From: Polyangiaceae bacterium
Lineage (GTDB): Bacteria > Myxococcota_A > Polyangia > Polyangiales > Polyangiaceae
Reading direction: 5' to 3'
DNA: 64,000 nt
Assembly: GCA_965222375.1 (NCBI GenBank)
Contig: CBDCTZ010000016.1
Location: 1,792,001-1,856,000, forward strand
The notes below the pieces were generated by a model. It did no database searches. It saw only the letters and a program-made list of their open reading frames with translations, and had not been told where the DNA came from. Made by a program: the position numbers and the translations under genes. Positions 47,801-56,849 of this stretch are shown here, piece by piece (the stretch's first letter is position 1; the number at the start of each line of letters is the position of its first letter).

Positions 47801-50800
47801 ATGCATGTGACACCGCGCGGCGATCGAAGAGGCGCGGAAACCGTGGCGCAGAGCGCGCCTCCGGGCACGTCAGCTGCGCCAACCGCTTACCGGGTTTGTT
47901 CCGGAGCTAGCGTGGTCCAACAGGTGGAACTGGCAATCTGCGGGATTGAAGCCGTTCCCACGGACGCCCAGGCCGAAGGGCTCGCATTGGCGGGTCAGCG
48001 CGCGGCTCGGGCACTCTCGGCGGAGCCGCCCACGTCCGAGCCCCGCGCGGGCTGGGTGTTGCACAAGAGCGGCAAGTCCGCGCGCTTCGGGGCGTACAGT
48101 TTTGCGGCCGCGGACGCACAGGAAGCCGTAGACCAGAGCCTTGTCGCGCAGCTCTTGTGCGCACTGACAGGCAGGCCGGCCGAGTGCGTGGTCGGGCAGC
48201 GCTTTGCCTCGCAGCCCTGGCAGTATCAACCGCTCTCGCGGCAATTGATCGACGACACGTTTGCCCTGACCCTCCCGACGGGAACGAGCAGGTGCGAGGC
48301 GGTCGACCTTGCGCTTGCGCACGTGACGAAGCTTTCCGGCCGAGCACAAGCGCCGCTGGTGGACTACCGTCGGCAAGACGCAGAAATTCTGCTGATCGCC
48401 TACGGCGAAGACCGCCAAACGATGATCGACCTGATCGAGGCGCTTCGCCGCCAGGGAGTCGCAGCGGGTGGCATCGGTGTTGCGTTGTTGCGTCCATTCC
48501 CGGACAAGGCGCTTGCCGAGCTGGTCTCCGGCAAGCGTCAGGTTGTCGTGCTCGGTAGCGACGATGCCTTTGCCGAGGATGTACTGCGGAGTTCGAGGGG
48601 TGGGGACGGCAAGGGCATCGAGCAACACCGGGCGCTTTGTGAACTCTCCGAAGTGCAGAGTGTGCTCGGGTTGGAGGTGGAGCCTGCGGGCGGTGCAGAC
48701 GAGCCCTGCGTCAACATGGGCGTCGTGCCCGCCGGGCCTCAGGCTCAGGAGCTCCTCTTCGAAGCGCTCTCCCGAGTTCGAGAGCCGATTGCCACGTTTT
48801 CCGTTCCCGCGGCGCCGGATGTCACTGCCTTGGGTATCGCGCGCCGCGTGGTCGCGGAGCCGACCGACTCCCTGGATCTCGCGCTCCTGGCGCACCCGTC
48901 ACTGCTCGACGCGAGCTTGGGTCTGCGTCAGGGCGCTCGGGTCATCTTGGTGCAGGAGGCAGACAGCGCCACGCAGGTCGTCGCTGGGCTTTCGCCAGCC
49001 CAGCGCAGGCTGTGCGCGGAACGAGCGCTCGCGGTCGATTGGTTCAATCCGGCCACCGCAGGCGTTCCGAGCACGGGGCCGGGCGCGGACTGGGTCTTGC
49101 TTCAGGAGGCACTGCTCGAAGCTGCGGTGTCGACTCTGTCGGAACGCGTCGGGTTGACGCGCTTCGTGATACCCGACGGGGTGAGCAAGTCGCCCAAGTC
49201 CATCGAGCGACTCGTGCGCCTCGACACCAAGCAGCTCCCGGACCAAAGGGCCGCAGAGGTCAGCTTCAAGCCGCCGCGGCAGCGCCCGCTACTGCCCGAC
49301 ACAGCGGACGCCCCGAGTGAAGAGTGGCGCATGGCGTTGCGTCGATTCCATCTGACCGGAGTTGGCGCTGCGGGTGGCGCTGCGCTGCTGCCCCTTGCCC
49401 CCGCGGCGGCCACTTCGCTGGTGCGCAATGCCCCCAGTCTGTACCCCCTCGTCCTTCAGGAGGGACAAGACGCGGAGATCGAGCCCTTCGTGCAGGTGCT
49501 CCAGGGCACCCTTGATTCCCTGGAGAAATCCGGAACTCCACTGGCCATCATCGCCGAACACAAGCGCCGCTTGGTCGCCGCGGCATTGGCGATCGTTGCG
49601 GAGCGCGGAACTACCGATCTGAGCGAGGTGCTGAGCCCGGCTTGCCAGCGCTTCGAAGCGGAACTTTCGCTGAGCAAGAAGGGTCGAATCGCGCTGGCTG
49701 AGGAAACCGGCATACTGAAACGCGCCATTGCTACTGGCGGTCGTGTCCTTGGTCTAGGCAGCCACGCACATCTGGAGATGTACGCCGCACAGGTGTTGCC
49801 GGAGCGGCGGCGACGGCGCGCGGCTCTCCGTGGTCAACTGCAGCAGCTGCACCAGCGGCTGGCCGATATGTTGCAGGTCGACGAGGGTCATTCGGAAGAC
49901 GCCAAGAGCCCCGAGAACGTTGCCAAGAGCCTTGGCGAAATGGACTTCGTCGATCCCGCTGCACTCGCTCAGGCGATCAAACCCCGGCAGGGCTCCAAAC
50001 GCTTGCCTGCGGCGCGACGGGCCAGACTGCAGAAAGCTGCCGCCGTGCTCGGAAACTACCTTGCACGCATGGACACGCTGCCTGAACTGTTCTTGGTCAG
50101 CGCTGAACGCGTCGAGCTCGGGCCATGGCGAGTACATCAAGTAACGCACCCGAGCCCCCTGGGCGTCGCGGCGGGGCTCTTTGACGGATTGGTTCGCGAA
50201 ATCACGCCGGTGCTCCGCTCTCTGCGCATTGCTCGCCTCGAGGTGGACTCTCGCTACGACGACGCCGTGCACGGACCCGTACTCGCGGACTTCGACTGGA
50301 CCCGGTTCGAGGAATGGGAACTGTTGTTCCTGCCACCGGTGCTTGCAGTTGAAAAGGCCGCAAACGTTTGGCATTCCTCCCAGCGGTCTCTGTACGACGT
50401 CTTGCAGAGTGGTCGTCCGCTTCATCTCATCGTGGAAGAGGCCTTTGGACTCGACCCAGAGCAGCAGCCAGCCGGCCTGGGATACGCACTGGTCGCCCAA
50501 CGTGAAGCTGTTGTGGTCCAAACCAACCTGGCCCGACCGGAACACTTTGCACGAGGACTGTCGCTGATGGCAGCCGCGTCCCGGCCGGCGGTCGCGGTGC
50601 TGGCTCCGCGCCCACCGTCCGGGCCGATGCCAGCGTGGGTACGTCTGGCGGCCGCGCATGAAGGCCGCGCCTTGCCTTGCTTCTACTACGCGCCGGATCG
50701 AGGCCTGACCTGGGCCGACAGTTTTGACATTCAGGACAATCCCGCGCCGGACGAGTTCTGGTCCGCTCACGAGATTGACGCTGAGGACACATCCGGCCAG

Positions 50801-51655
50801 GTCCGGACGATTGTGGAGCGTTTCACGTTTGCCCACGCGGCCGCGTTGGAAGTGAACTACCGCCATCACTTCTGGTCGATACCGTCGGAGGCGTGGAGCG
50901 ACGAGCAAGTCCCTCTGGCCGAGTACGTGGACCAGTTGCTGGAGGGTGACGCCACGAGCGTTCCTTACATCTGGACGACCGACGAACAGGGCAATCTGGG
51001 CCGGGCAGTCGTATCTCGCGCCCTGGCCGTGGAGAGTCACCGTCGCCTTCGCCTCTGGCGCGTCCTGGAAGAACTTGGTGGGGCGAGGAACGAACACGCG
51101 AGGCGCGCTGCCGCGGCGGCCAAAGAAGCGGCCCAAGTAACCGCAGCCGCCGAACAGAGTGAGCTCGAGGCTCGGCACGCCGGGGAGCTGGAGCGAGTCC
51201 GCAACGAAGTGGCGGCGGAGGCCCTAGGCCGACTGGCTCAGGCCCTGATGGACCCCGGCGCCCTCGCCCTGGCGGCTGCGACCTCCGCGCCCGCCGCTGA
51301 AGCAACGCCGACCTCGGTTGCGCTGCCCGTCGCCCCTGAAGAGCCCTCGCCGGACACGCTGCCGGAGCCAGCACCCGAGGCGGATGACGATGACGAAAGT
51401 GTTTCGTTCTCGGATCCTTACATTGACACCCTGCTGTGCACGACCTGCAACGAGTGTATCAACATCAACCCGCAGATGTTCCTGTACAACGCCGACAAGC
51501 AGGCAGTGCTCGGCGACGTGAAGACAGGCACGTTCTTGCAGATGGTCAAGGCTGCCGAGAAGTGTCCGGCTGCTTGCATTCATCCTGGTGAGCCGCGGAA
51601 GGACGACACCACGGTCACCGACGACCTGGTTGCCCGCGCGGCGAAGTTCAACTGA
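47801..51655 (+). CDS. Giant degenerate PFOR-like protein with C-terminal ferredoxin
   Basis: Remnant PFOR segments (AADAQEAVD, DAEILLIAYG, LLRPFP, R..P.F.Y.P, WR.L.EL.G); C-terminal CTTCNEC...CP. Confidence 0.75.
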   Translation: MHVTPRGDRRGAETVAQSAPPGTSAAPTAYRVCSGASVVQQVELAICGIEAVPTDAQAEGLALAGQRAARALSAEPPTSEPRAGWVLHKSGKSARFGAYSFAAADAQEAVDQSLVAQLLCALTGRPAECVVGQRFASQPWQYQPLSRQLIDDTFALTLPTGTSRCEAVDLALAHVTKLSGRAQAPLVDYRRQDAEILLIAYGEDRQTMIDLIEALRRQGVAAGGIGVALLRPFPDKALAELVSGKRQVVVLGSDDAFAEDVLRSSRGGDGKGIEQHRALCELSEVQSVLGLEVEPAGGADEPCVNMGVVPAGPQAQELLFEALSRVREPIATFSVPAAPDVTALGIARRVVAEPTDSLDLALLAHPSLLDASLGLRQGARVILVQEADSATQVVAGLSPAQRRLCAERALAVDWFNPATAGVPSTGPGADWVLLQEALLEAAVSTLSERVGLTRFVIPDGVSKSPKSIERLVRLDTKQLPDQRAAEVSFKPPRQRPLLPDTADAPSEEWRMALRRFHLTGVGAAGGAALLPLAPAAATSLVRNAPSLYPLVLQEGQDAEIEPFVQVLQGTLDSLEKSGTPLAIIAEHKRRLVAAALAIVAERGTTDLSEVLSPACQRFEAELSLSKKGRIALAEETGILKRAIATGGRVLGLGSHAHLEMYAAQVLPERRRRRAALRGQLQQLHQRLADMLQVDEGHSEDAKSPENVAKSLGEMDFVDPAALAQAIKPRQGSKRLPAARRARLQKAAAVLGNYLARMDTLPELFLVSAERVELGPWRVHQVTHPSPLGVAAGLFDGLVREITPVLRSLRIARLEVDSRYDDAVHGPVLADFDWTRFEEWELLFLPPVLAVEKAANVWHSSQRSLYDVLQSGRPLHLIVEEAFGLDPEQQPAGLGYALVAQREAVVVQTNLARPEHFARGLSLMAAASRPAVAVLAPRPPSGPMPAWVRLAAAHEGRALPCFYYAPDRGLTWADSFDIQDNPAPDEFWSAHEIDAEDTSGQVRTIVERFTFAHAAALEVNYRHHFWSIPSEAWSDEQVPLAEYVDQLLEGDATSVPYIWTTDEQGNLGRAVVSRALAVESHRRLRLWRVLEELGGARNEHARRAAAAAKEAAQVTAAAEQSELEARHAGELERVRNEVAAEALGRLAQALMDPGALALAAATSAPAAEATPTSVALPVAPEEPSPDTLPEPAPEADDDDESVSFSDPYIDTLLCTTCNECININPQMFLYNADKQAVLGDVKTGTFLQMVKAAEKCPAACIHPGEPRKDDTTVTDDLVARAAKFN
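49155..49183. repeat. Family-A core motif inside a coding sequence
   Basis: TGACGCGCTTCGTGATACCCGACGGGGTG matches 2823-2851 at 27 of 29 positions. Confidence 0.55.
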
Positions 51656-51660
51656 TTGGA

Positions 51661-52506
51661 GTGGGCGAGGTGCTGCTCAGCGAGATCTTGACCGCCGGGG
51701 GGATCATGTTTGGGGTCGCATTGACCTTCGGCGTGATACTGGCGATCGCGAATAGCAAGCTGCGCGTGCAGGAAGATCCCCGCATTGATGAGGTCGAGTC
51801 GATGTTGCCCGGCACGAACTGCGGCGCCTGCGGCGAGCCTGGTTGTCGAGCTTTTGCCGAAGTGGTCGTTGCAGGAAGCCAGCAGGCCAGCGCCTGCACC
51901 GTGAGTAGCCCGGAAGGCATCACCGACATCGCCAGTTTCCTGGGAGTGGATGCCGGTGTGCGGGAGAAGCGCGTGGCTCGCTTGCATTGTGCTGGAGGAA
52001 AATCGTCGGTGCGGCGCCTCGCGGACTACGACGGCATGCGGTCGTGTCGCGCGGCTTTCATCGTCAACGGCGGCGGCCGCGCCTGCGCGTGGGGCTGCTT
52101 GGGCATGGCGGACTGCGAAAAGGCTTGCACCTTCGACGCCATCGCCATGAGCGACGAGGACTTGCCAGTAGTCGACGTCGACAAATGCACGGCCTGCAAC
52201 GACTGCGTGGATGCCTGCCCGCTCGACCTCTTCACGATTGAGCCCCTGAACAATCCGATTGTGGTGCAGTGCGCGAGCCCTCTTGCGGGGTCGGCGGCTA
52301 CGGCAGCGTGCACCGTGGCATGCGACGCCTGTGGCCGCTGCGCCCTCGACGCTGCCGATGGCGCGATCGTGATGACGAACGGGTTGCCGAAACTGATGAG
52401 CCCGTCACGCCTGGATGTCAGCTGTACTGTGCGCTGCCCCACAGGCGCGATCCAACTCGTTGACGGCAACCAGTTTCAGCGGCGAAAGCTCAAGGTGGTG
52501 GCATGA
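51661..52506 (+). CDS. rnfB: Rnf electron transport complex subunit B
   Basis: TM anchor, LPG.NCGACG..GC, CLG..DC...C and CTACNDC...CP. Confidence 0.92.
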   Translation: MGEVLLSEILTAGGIMFGVALTFGVILAIANSKLRVQEDPRIDEVESMLPGTNCGACGEPGCRAFAEVVVAGSQQASACTVSSPEGITDIASFLGVDAGVREKRVARLHCAGGKSSVRRLADYDGMRSCRAAFIVNGGGRACAWGCLGMADCEKACTFDAIAMSDEDLPVVDVDKCTACNDCVDACPLDLFTIEPLNNPIVVQCASPLAGSAATAACTVACDACGRCALDAADGAIVMTNGLPKLMSPSRLDVSCTVRCPTGAIQLVDGNQFQRRKLKVVA

Positions 52507-55500
52507 GTAGCTGGGCACGGCTGGCGGCGCGCTTCATACGAGAACTCGGAGGTCGAGGGAAACCGCAGCAGAGCGACGCACCACCCACTCGAGACATTCG
52601 CACTGGTGCCCACGCCGCCTTGGCCGTCGAGGTCAGCGGCAGCGAGCGGATCCTGCGAAACTTGGCGGCGGGCGAGACTCGACCGGGTCGGGATCGGCCC
52701 ATCGGGCAGAATGCATTCGGCGCCGAGGTGCGCGAGATCATCGGAGATGATGCCACGGCGACCTTTGCTGCCGCCACGGGTTGTGCGCTCGGGGGGCAGC
52801 GCGCAGCGGTGCTCATGGGGGAGGCGAACTTGAGTGACTGCCACGCACCGCTTCTGTCTGCGGTCGCACGACGCGTGCCGCTGCTGGTGCATGCGGTGAC
52901 GTCTGCGGATACAGGTTCCGCTGCGACCCACGGCGCGAGGGGCCACGCCGCGTACCACTCTCTGGCGGACGCGGGAGCAATCCTCGCTCTGGCGGAGGAT
53001 GCCCAGCAGGCTGTGGACAAGGCGTTGATAGCTCGCCGCGCTGCTGAACGAGCTCTCACTTGTGCCGTGGTCGGGATGGATGGTCCCGAGACTGCGTGGG
53101 CGCCGTCGTCGCTCGTATTGCCCGATGCCGAGTTGGTGCGCGAGATGCTCGGTGCTCCAGGCGATGAGGTCGATACACCGACGCCGGAGCAGCGTTTTCT
53201 CTTTGGTGCAACCAGGCGGCGGGTGCCACGTTGGTTCGATCCCGACCGCCCTGCTTCACACGGAATGCAGCAAAGCGGCGGCGACCTGGCAGTGGCGCTG
53301 GCGGGGCAACGCGTGTTCGTGGCCAAGCCGGTGCTCGAGGCGTTGCAAGAAAGCATCGCGGAATACGAGCGACTCACGGGAAGTCGCCTGGACCTGACTT
53401 CGCGCTACCGCATGGAGCGGGCGGACTACGTCTTCGTGGCGCAAGGTGTCGCCCTTGGTGCGCTGCGCGCCTTGTCGGACTACTTGCTGAAGGAGCGCAA
53501 GATCAAGGTGGGCGTTTTGGGAATCGAGTGGCTGCGCCCCCTCGATAGCGCTGCCATCGCCGAGGCCTTGCGCGATGCCAAGGCAGTTGCGGTTCTCGAG
53601 CGCACCACGGATCCCCTCGCTCAAGGCGGGCCGCTGCTGCGCGAGGTACAGAGCGCCGCTGCTGTTCAAAGCCACCGCAAGCTCTTGCATGCGGTGTACG
53701 GCGTCGGCGGCCAGCCCCTGGCCAATGCCGAGCTGCTGGCCTTGTTCGAGCACATGAAGCAAGGCGACGCCGGGCGTCGAAGCGTGATGCTTGGCGTATC
53801 GCCTCCCGAGATCCAGAGCGACCACCCACGCCGGGAAGCACTGACCCAACGCGTGAGGGCCGAGTTTCCCAAGCTCGGAGCGGAGACCCTCAGGCTCGAT
53901 GCGCTCCTAGACCTGCGGCCCGAAGGCGCCAAGAGTGCAGCCATTTGGGCACGCGAAAGCGAATCATCGGACTTGGATCTCGAGGCGGCGGCGCAGGCCT
54001 TCGCTGCCGTAGGCGGAGGCTTCGTGAAGAGCCGGGTCAGTGTCGGGGAGCAGGGCACCTGGACCATCGAGCTGACCGCGGCCAAGGAGGCCTTCACGGA
54101 TCCCGCGTGCATGGTGTGGCACGACCTCGCAGTCGTGGCCACGCCAGAGCTGCCTGGAGCTCTCAACCCGTTGTCGCGGGTCGCGCGCCAGGGCCAGGTG
54201 CTGCTCGCCAGTCCGCTCAGCCCCGAAGCTCTATGGAAGGAGCTGCCCGAGACCTGGCGCGCCGCGATTCGCGAGCGCGAGCTGCGGCTGTTCGTTTGCG
54301 ACGCGCCTCTGTCAGCCCTCGTGACTGCCATCCCCTGGCTGGCTGGTGCCGAAGAAAGGCCCGCCCTCGAACTCACCAAACTCGAGTGGCGTGATCTCGC
54401 GGAGGCACCAGCACGTGCCGAGCACGCGCCGCCTCTTGCCGTGCGCCGCTTTGCCAACTTGAGGCGCCGCTACGACAATCTGCCCCGGTTCTGGACCGAA
54501 CTAGCCCTGCCCCGTCTCGAGCGCGGCGGCGCCGAACCCGCACCGGACCCGTATCTGTCCCTGGCTGCCGTGCCGCCGTCCACATCGAGTTTGTTTGAAG
54601 TCGCGGTCCACAAGAATCGCTTGCCTCTGTTGGAGATGGAAAAGTGCATTGGCTGTGGCGCCTGCTGGACCGCCTGTCCGGATTCGGCCATCGTGCCAGG
54701 CGTCATCGGCACGGAAGCGTTGCTCAATGCCGCAGCGGACCAGGCCGCTACCCCGGGGGCTGCTAACCCCATCGCCGACAAGCTGCGTCGAGCGCATCGC
54801 CAGTTGGCAGCGCGGGTCGATGGCCGTCTTGCCAAGGGCAAGGCCAAGGAGCTCGACGAGTCGCTACTTCGAGACAGCTACGCCTGGCTCGTCGAACAAA
54901 TGAAAGTCGGCGCGGACGAGCGCGCCCAGTACGATCAGGCGTTTGAAGCAACCCTCAACGTGGTCCAAAAGCTAGCGTTTGCCGCGACCGAGCCCTTTTT
55001 CCACGCGCCCCATGCGGACAAGAAGAGTAGCGGGGAACTCGTCACCCTGAGTGTGAACCCCGCGGCTTGTCAGGGATGTGGCGGTTGCAGCGCCGTGTGC
55101 TCGGAGAACGCTATTGTCGTCGGTCAGCGCAGCGACGATGCCGTGCAGCATGCTGCAGCTGGCTGGTCCGTGTGGGAGCGGTTGCCAGATCCGAGCGGGG
55201 ACAGCGTGGCGCGTGCGGCGAGCTGCCCCGGGGTCGGCAACATGGCGGCCGTGATGAGCTCCCGCCACACCCTGCTTGCTGTGACCGGTGGAGGTGGCCA
55301 CGAACCTGGCTCCGGGGCCCGCGTCGGCACGCGACTGGTGGCAGCGGTGGCCGAATTCGACAAGCAACGACGCATGTTGACCCAGGTGCGCGCCCTCGAG
55401 GACTTGAGCAAACGTCTCAAGGAAGCTCTACACGGCACCCTGGCGGGCGGCCTGCCCAGCGACGATCTGGCAGCCTTGGAGCGAGCGCTAGATGGCGTGC

Positions 55501-56849
55501 CGGACCGCACGGCCAATGTGAGTGCGTTGGTGGCGGGATTGGAAAAGCAAGGTGCCCACTCGACCGTGGACAGCGAGGCTGCGCGTCGACTGGTAGCCTA
55601 TGCCAAGAACATCGACGCGACGGTGTCGGATCTCAAGAGCGGCCAAGATGGGATGGGGCGCTCGCGCTTTGGACTCGTCGTTGCTGGCCAACCCTTGGCG
55701 GAGTGGGCTGCCGAGTTTCCCCGAAACCCCTTTGCCGTCCCGGTTGTCGTGGACCTGTCGAGCCAGGCTCTCGACGTGGCGTTGGGACTGGCGGAAAGCA
55801 TGCTGGCGCGCCATGCAGCGCAGATCCGGCTTTCGCGCCTCGCCGAGGCGTCCCTCCTGCCGCCCGCGGACGCGGCTGCCGCTGAGCCGGAGCTCGAGCA
55901 CTTGGCTTGGCAACAGCTCAGCGGTGCGGAGTTGTCGTCTTGTCCGGCCGTGATCGTGTTGGCGGGGCCAGAGGTGTTCAGCGCCGGCGCCCACGCGGGG
56001 TTGTCCCGAGTGTTGGCGTCACGCCTGCCGGTCAAGGTCGTCGTGTTGGACGGGCGGGAGCGTTGGCTCGGTTCCACCGAGCCAGTGTTGCCCTTCGTAA
56101 CGCAGCGGCGAGCCTTCATCTTGTCGTCAACAATTGCCCACCACGAGCATCTGTTCTCGGGATTCTCCCAAGCTCTGCAACACCCCGGGCCCGCGCTGGC
56201 TCATATCTACACGCCGAGCCCCGGGCGCCACGGCTTTGACAGCGCGGACACCGTTGCCCGAGCTCGCGCCGCCGTGGACAGTCGCCTCCATCCTCTCTTC
56301 GTCTGGGACCCGGAGCAGCCGGGTGTATTCGGCAGTCGGTTTTCTCTAGCTGGCAACCCTGCACCGGCGTCGCCATGGTGCTCTCAGGACGCGAACGTTC
56401 CGACCACGCCTGCCCACTTCGCGCTGGGGGAGAAGCGCTTTGCCGAACACTTCGTGGAGCGCGACGGCAGGAAAGTGCCGCTAGAAGACTGGCTGGTTTC
56501 GAGTGGCGACGAGCGCGCAGGGACCGTGCCCGTCGTGGTGGCCGGCAGCATGGAGTGCGTGTTGGATGAAGCCTTGGCCGAGGGCGTGCTCGAGCGTTTT
56601 GAGAACTGGCGCACCCTGCAAGAGTTGGCTGGGGTGGTCACGCCTTTCACCGCGGAGGTCAGTGATCGCGCGAAGCAGGAGGTCGATCAGGAGCACCGAA
56701 AGGCTATCGAAGCGCTGCGCCAAGAGTACGAGCAGAAGCTGGCTGCGACGCGTGCATCACAAACCGTCGAGGCTACCCTGCGGCTGCGGGAGCGACTGAT
56801 TCAGCTCGCCGGCTACCAACGCTCGCGTTCTGGGGAAGAGCCCTCATGA
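52503..56849 (+). CDS. Giant PFOR-like protein lacking catalytic motifs, with 2x[4Fe-4S] ferredoxin domain
   Basis: PFOR domain order is recognisable (H..YH, AQ.A.D, YR...ADYV, LRP, YG.GG). Fe-S motifs CIGCGACWTACP and CQGCGGCSAVC are present; no YPITP, GDG or YSNTGGQ motif. Confidence 0.8.
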   Translation: MSSWARLAARFIRELGGRGKPQQSDAPPTRDIRTGAHAALAVEVSGSERILRNLAAGETRPGRDRPIGQNAFGAEVREIIGDDATATFAAATGCALGGQRAAVLMGEANLSDCHAPLLSAVARRVPLLVHAVTSADTGSAATHGARGHAAYHSLADAGAILALAEDAQQAVDKALIARRAAERALTCAVVGMDGPETAWAPSSLVLPDAELVREMLGAPGDEVDTPTPEQRFLFGATRRRVPRWFDPDRPASHGMQQSGGDLAVALAGQRVFVAKPVLEALQESIAEYERLTGSRLDLTSRYRMERADYVFVAQGVALGALRALSDYLLKERKIKVGVLGIEWLRPLDSAAIAEALRDAKAVAVLERTTDPLAQGGPLLREVQSAAAVQSHRKLLHAVYGVGGQPLANAELLALFEHMKQGDAGRRSVMLGVSPPEIQSDHPRREALTQRVRAEFPKLGAETLRLDALLDLRPEGAKSAAIWARESESSDLDLEAAAQAFAAVGGGFVKSRVSVGEQGTWTIELTAAKEAFTDPACMVWHDLAVVATPELPGALNPLSRVARQGQVLLASPLSPEALWKELPETWRAAIRERELRLFVCDAPLSALVTAIPWLAGAEERPALELTKLEWRDLAEAPARAEHAPPLAVRRFANLRRRYDNLPRFWTELALPRLERGGAEPAPDPYLSLAAVPPSTSSLFEVAVHKNRLPLLEMEKCIGCGACWTACPDSAIVPGVIGTEALLNAAADQAATPGAANPIADKLRRAHRQLAARVDGRLAKGKAKELDESLLRDSYAWLVEQMKVGADERAQYDQAFEATLNVVQKLAFAATEPFFHAPHADKKSSGELVTLSVNPAACQGCGGCSAVCSENAIVVGQRSDDAVQHAAAGWSVWERLPDPSGDSVARAASCPGVGNMAAVMSSRHTLLAVTGGGGHEPGSGARVGTRLVAAVAEFDKQRRMLTQVRALEDLSKRLKEALHGTLAGGLPSDDLAALERALDGVPDRTANVSALVAGLEKQGAHSTVDSEAARRLVAYAKNIDATVSDLKSGQDGMGRSRFGLVVAGQPLAEWAAEFPRNPFAVPVVVDLSSQALDVALGLAESMLARHAAQIRLSRLAEASLLPPADAAAAEPELEHLAWQQLSGAELSSCPAVIVLAGPEVFSAGAHAGLSRVLASRLPVKVVVLDGRERWLGSTEPVLPFVTQRRAFILSSTIAHHEHLFSGFSQALQHPGPALAHIYTPSPGRHGFDSADTVARARAAVDSRLHPLFVWDPEQPGVFGSRFSLAGNPAPASPWCSQDANVPTTPAHFALGEKRFAEHFVERDGRKVPLEDWLVSSGDERAGTVPVVVAGSMECVLDEALAEGVLERFENWRTLQELAGVVTPFTAEVSDRAKQEVDQEHRKAIEALRQEYEQKLAATRASQTVEATLRLRERLIQLAGYQRSRSGEEPS

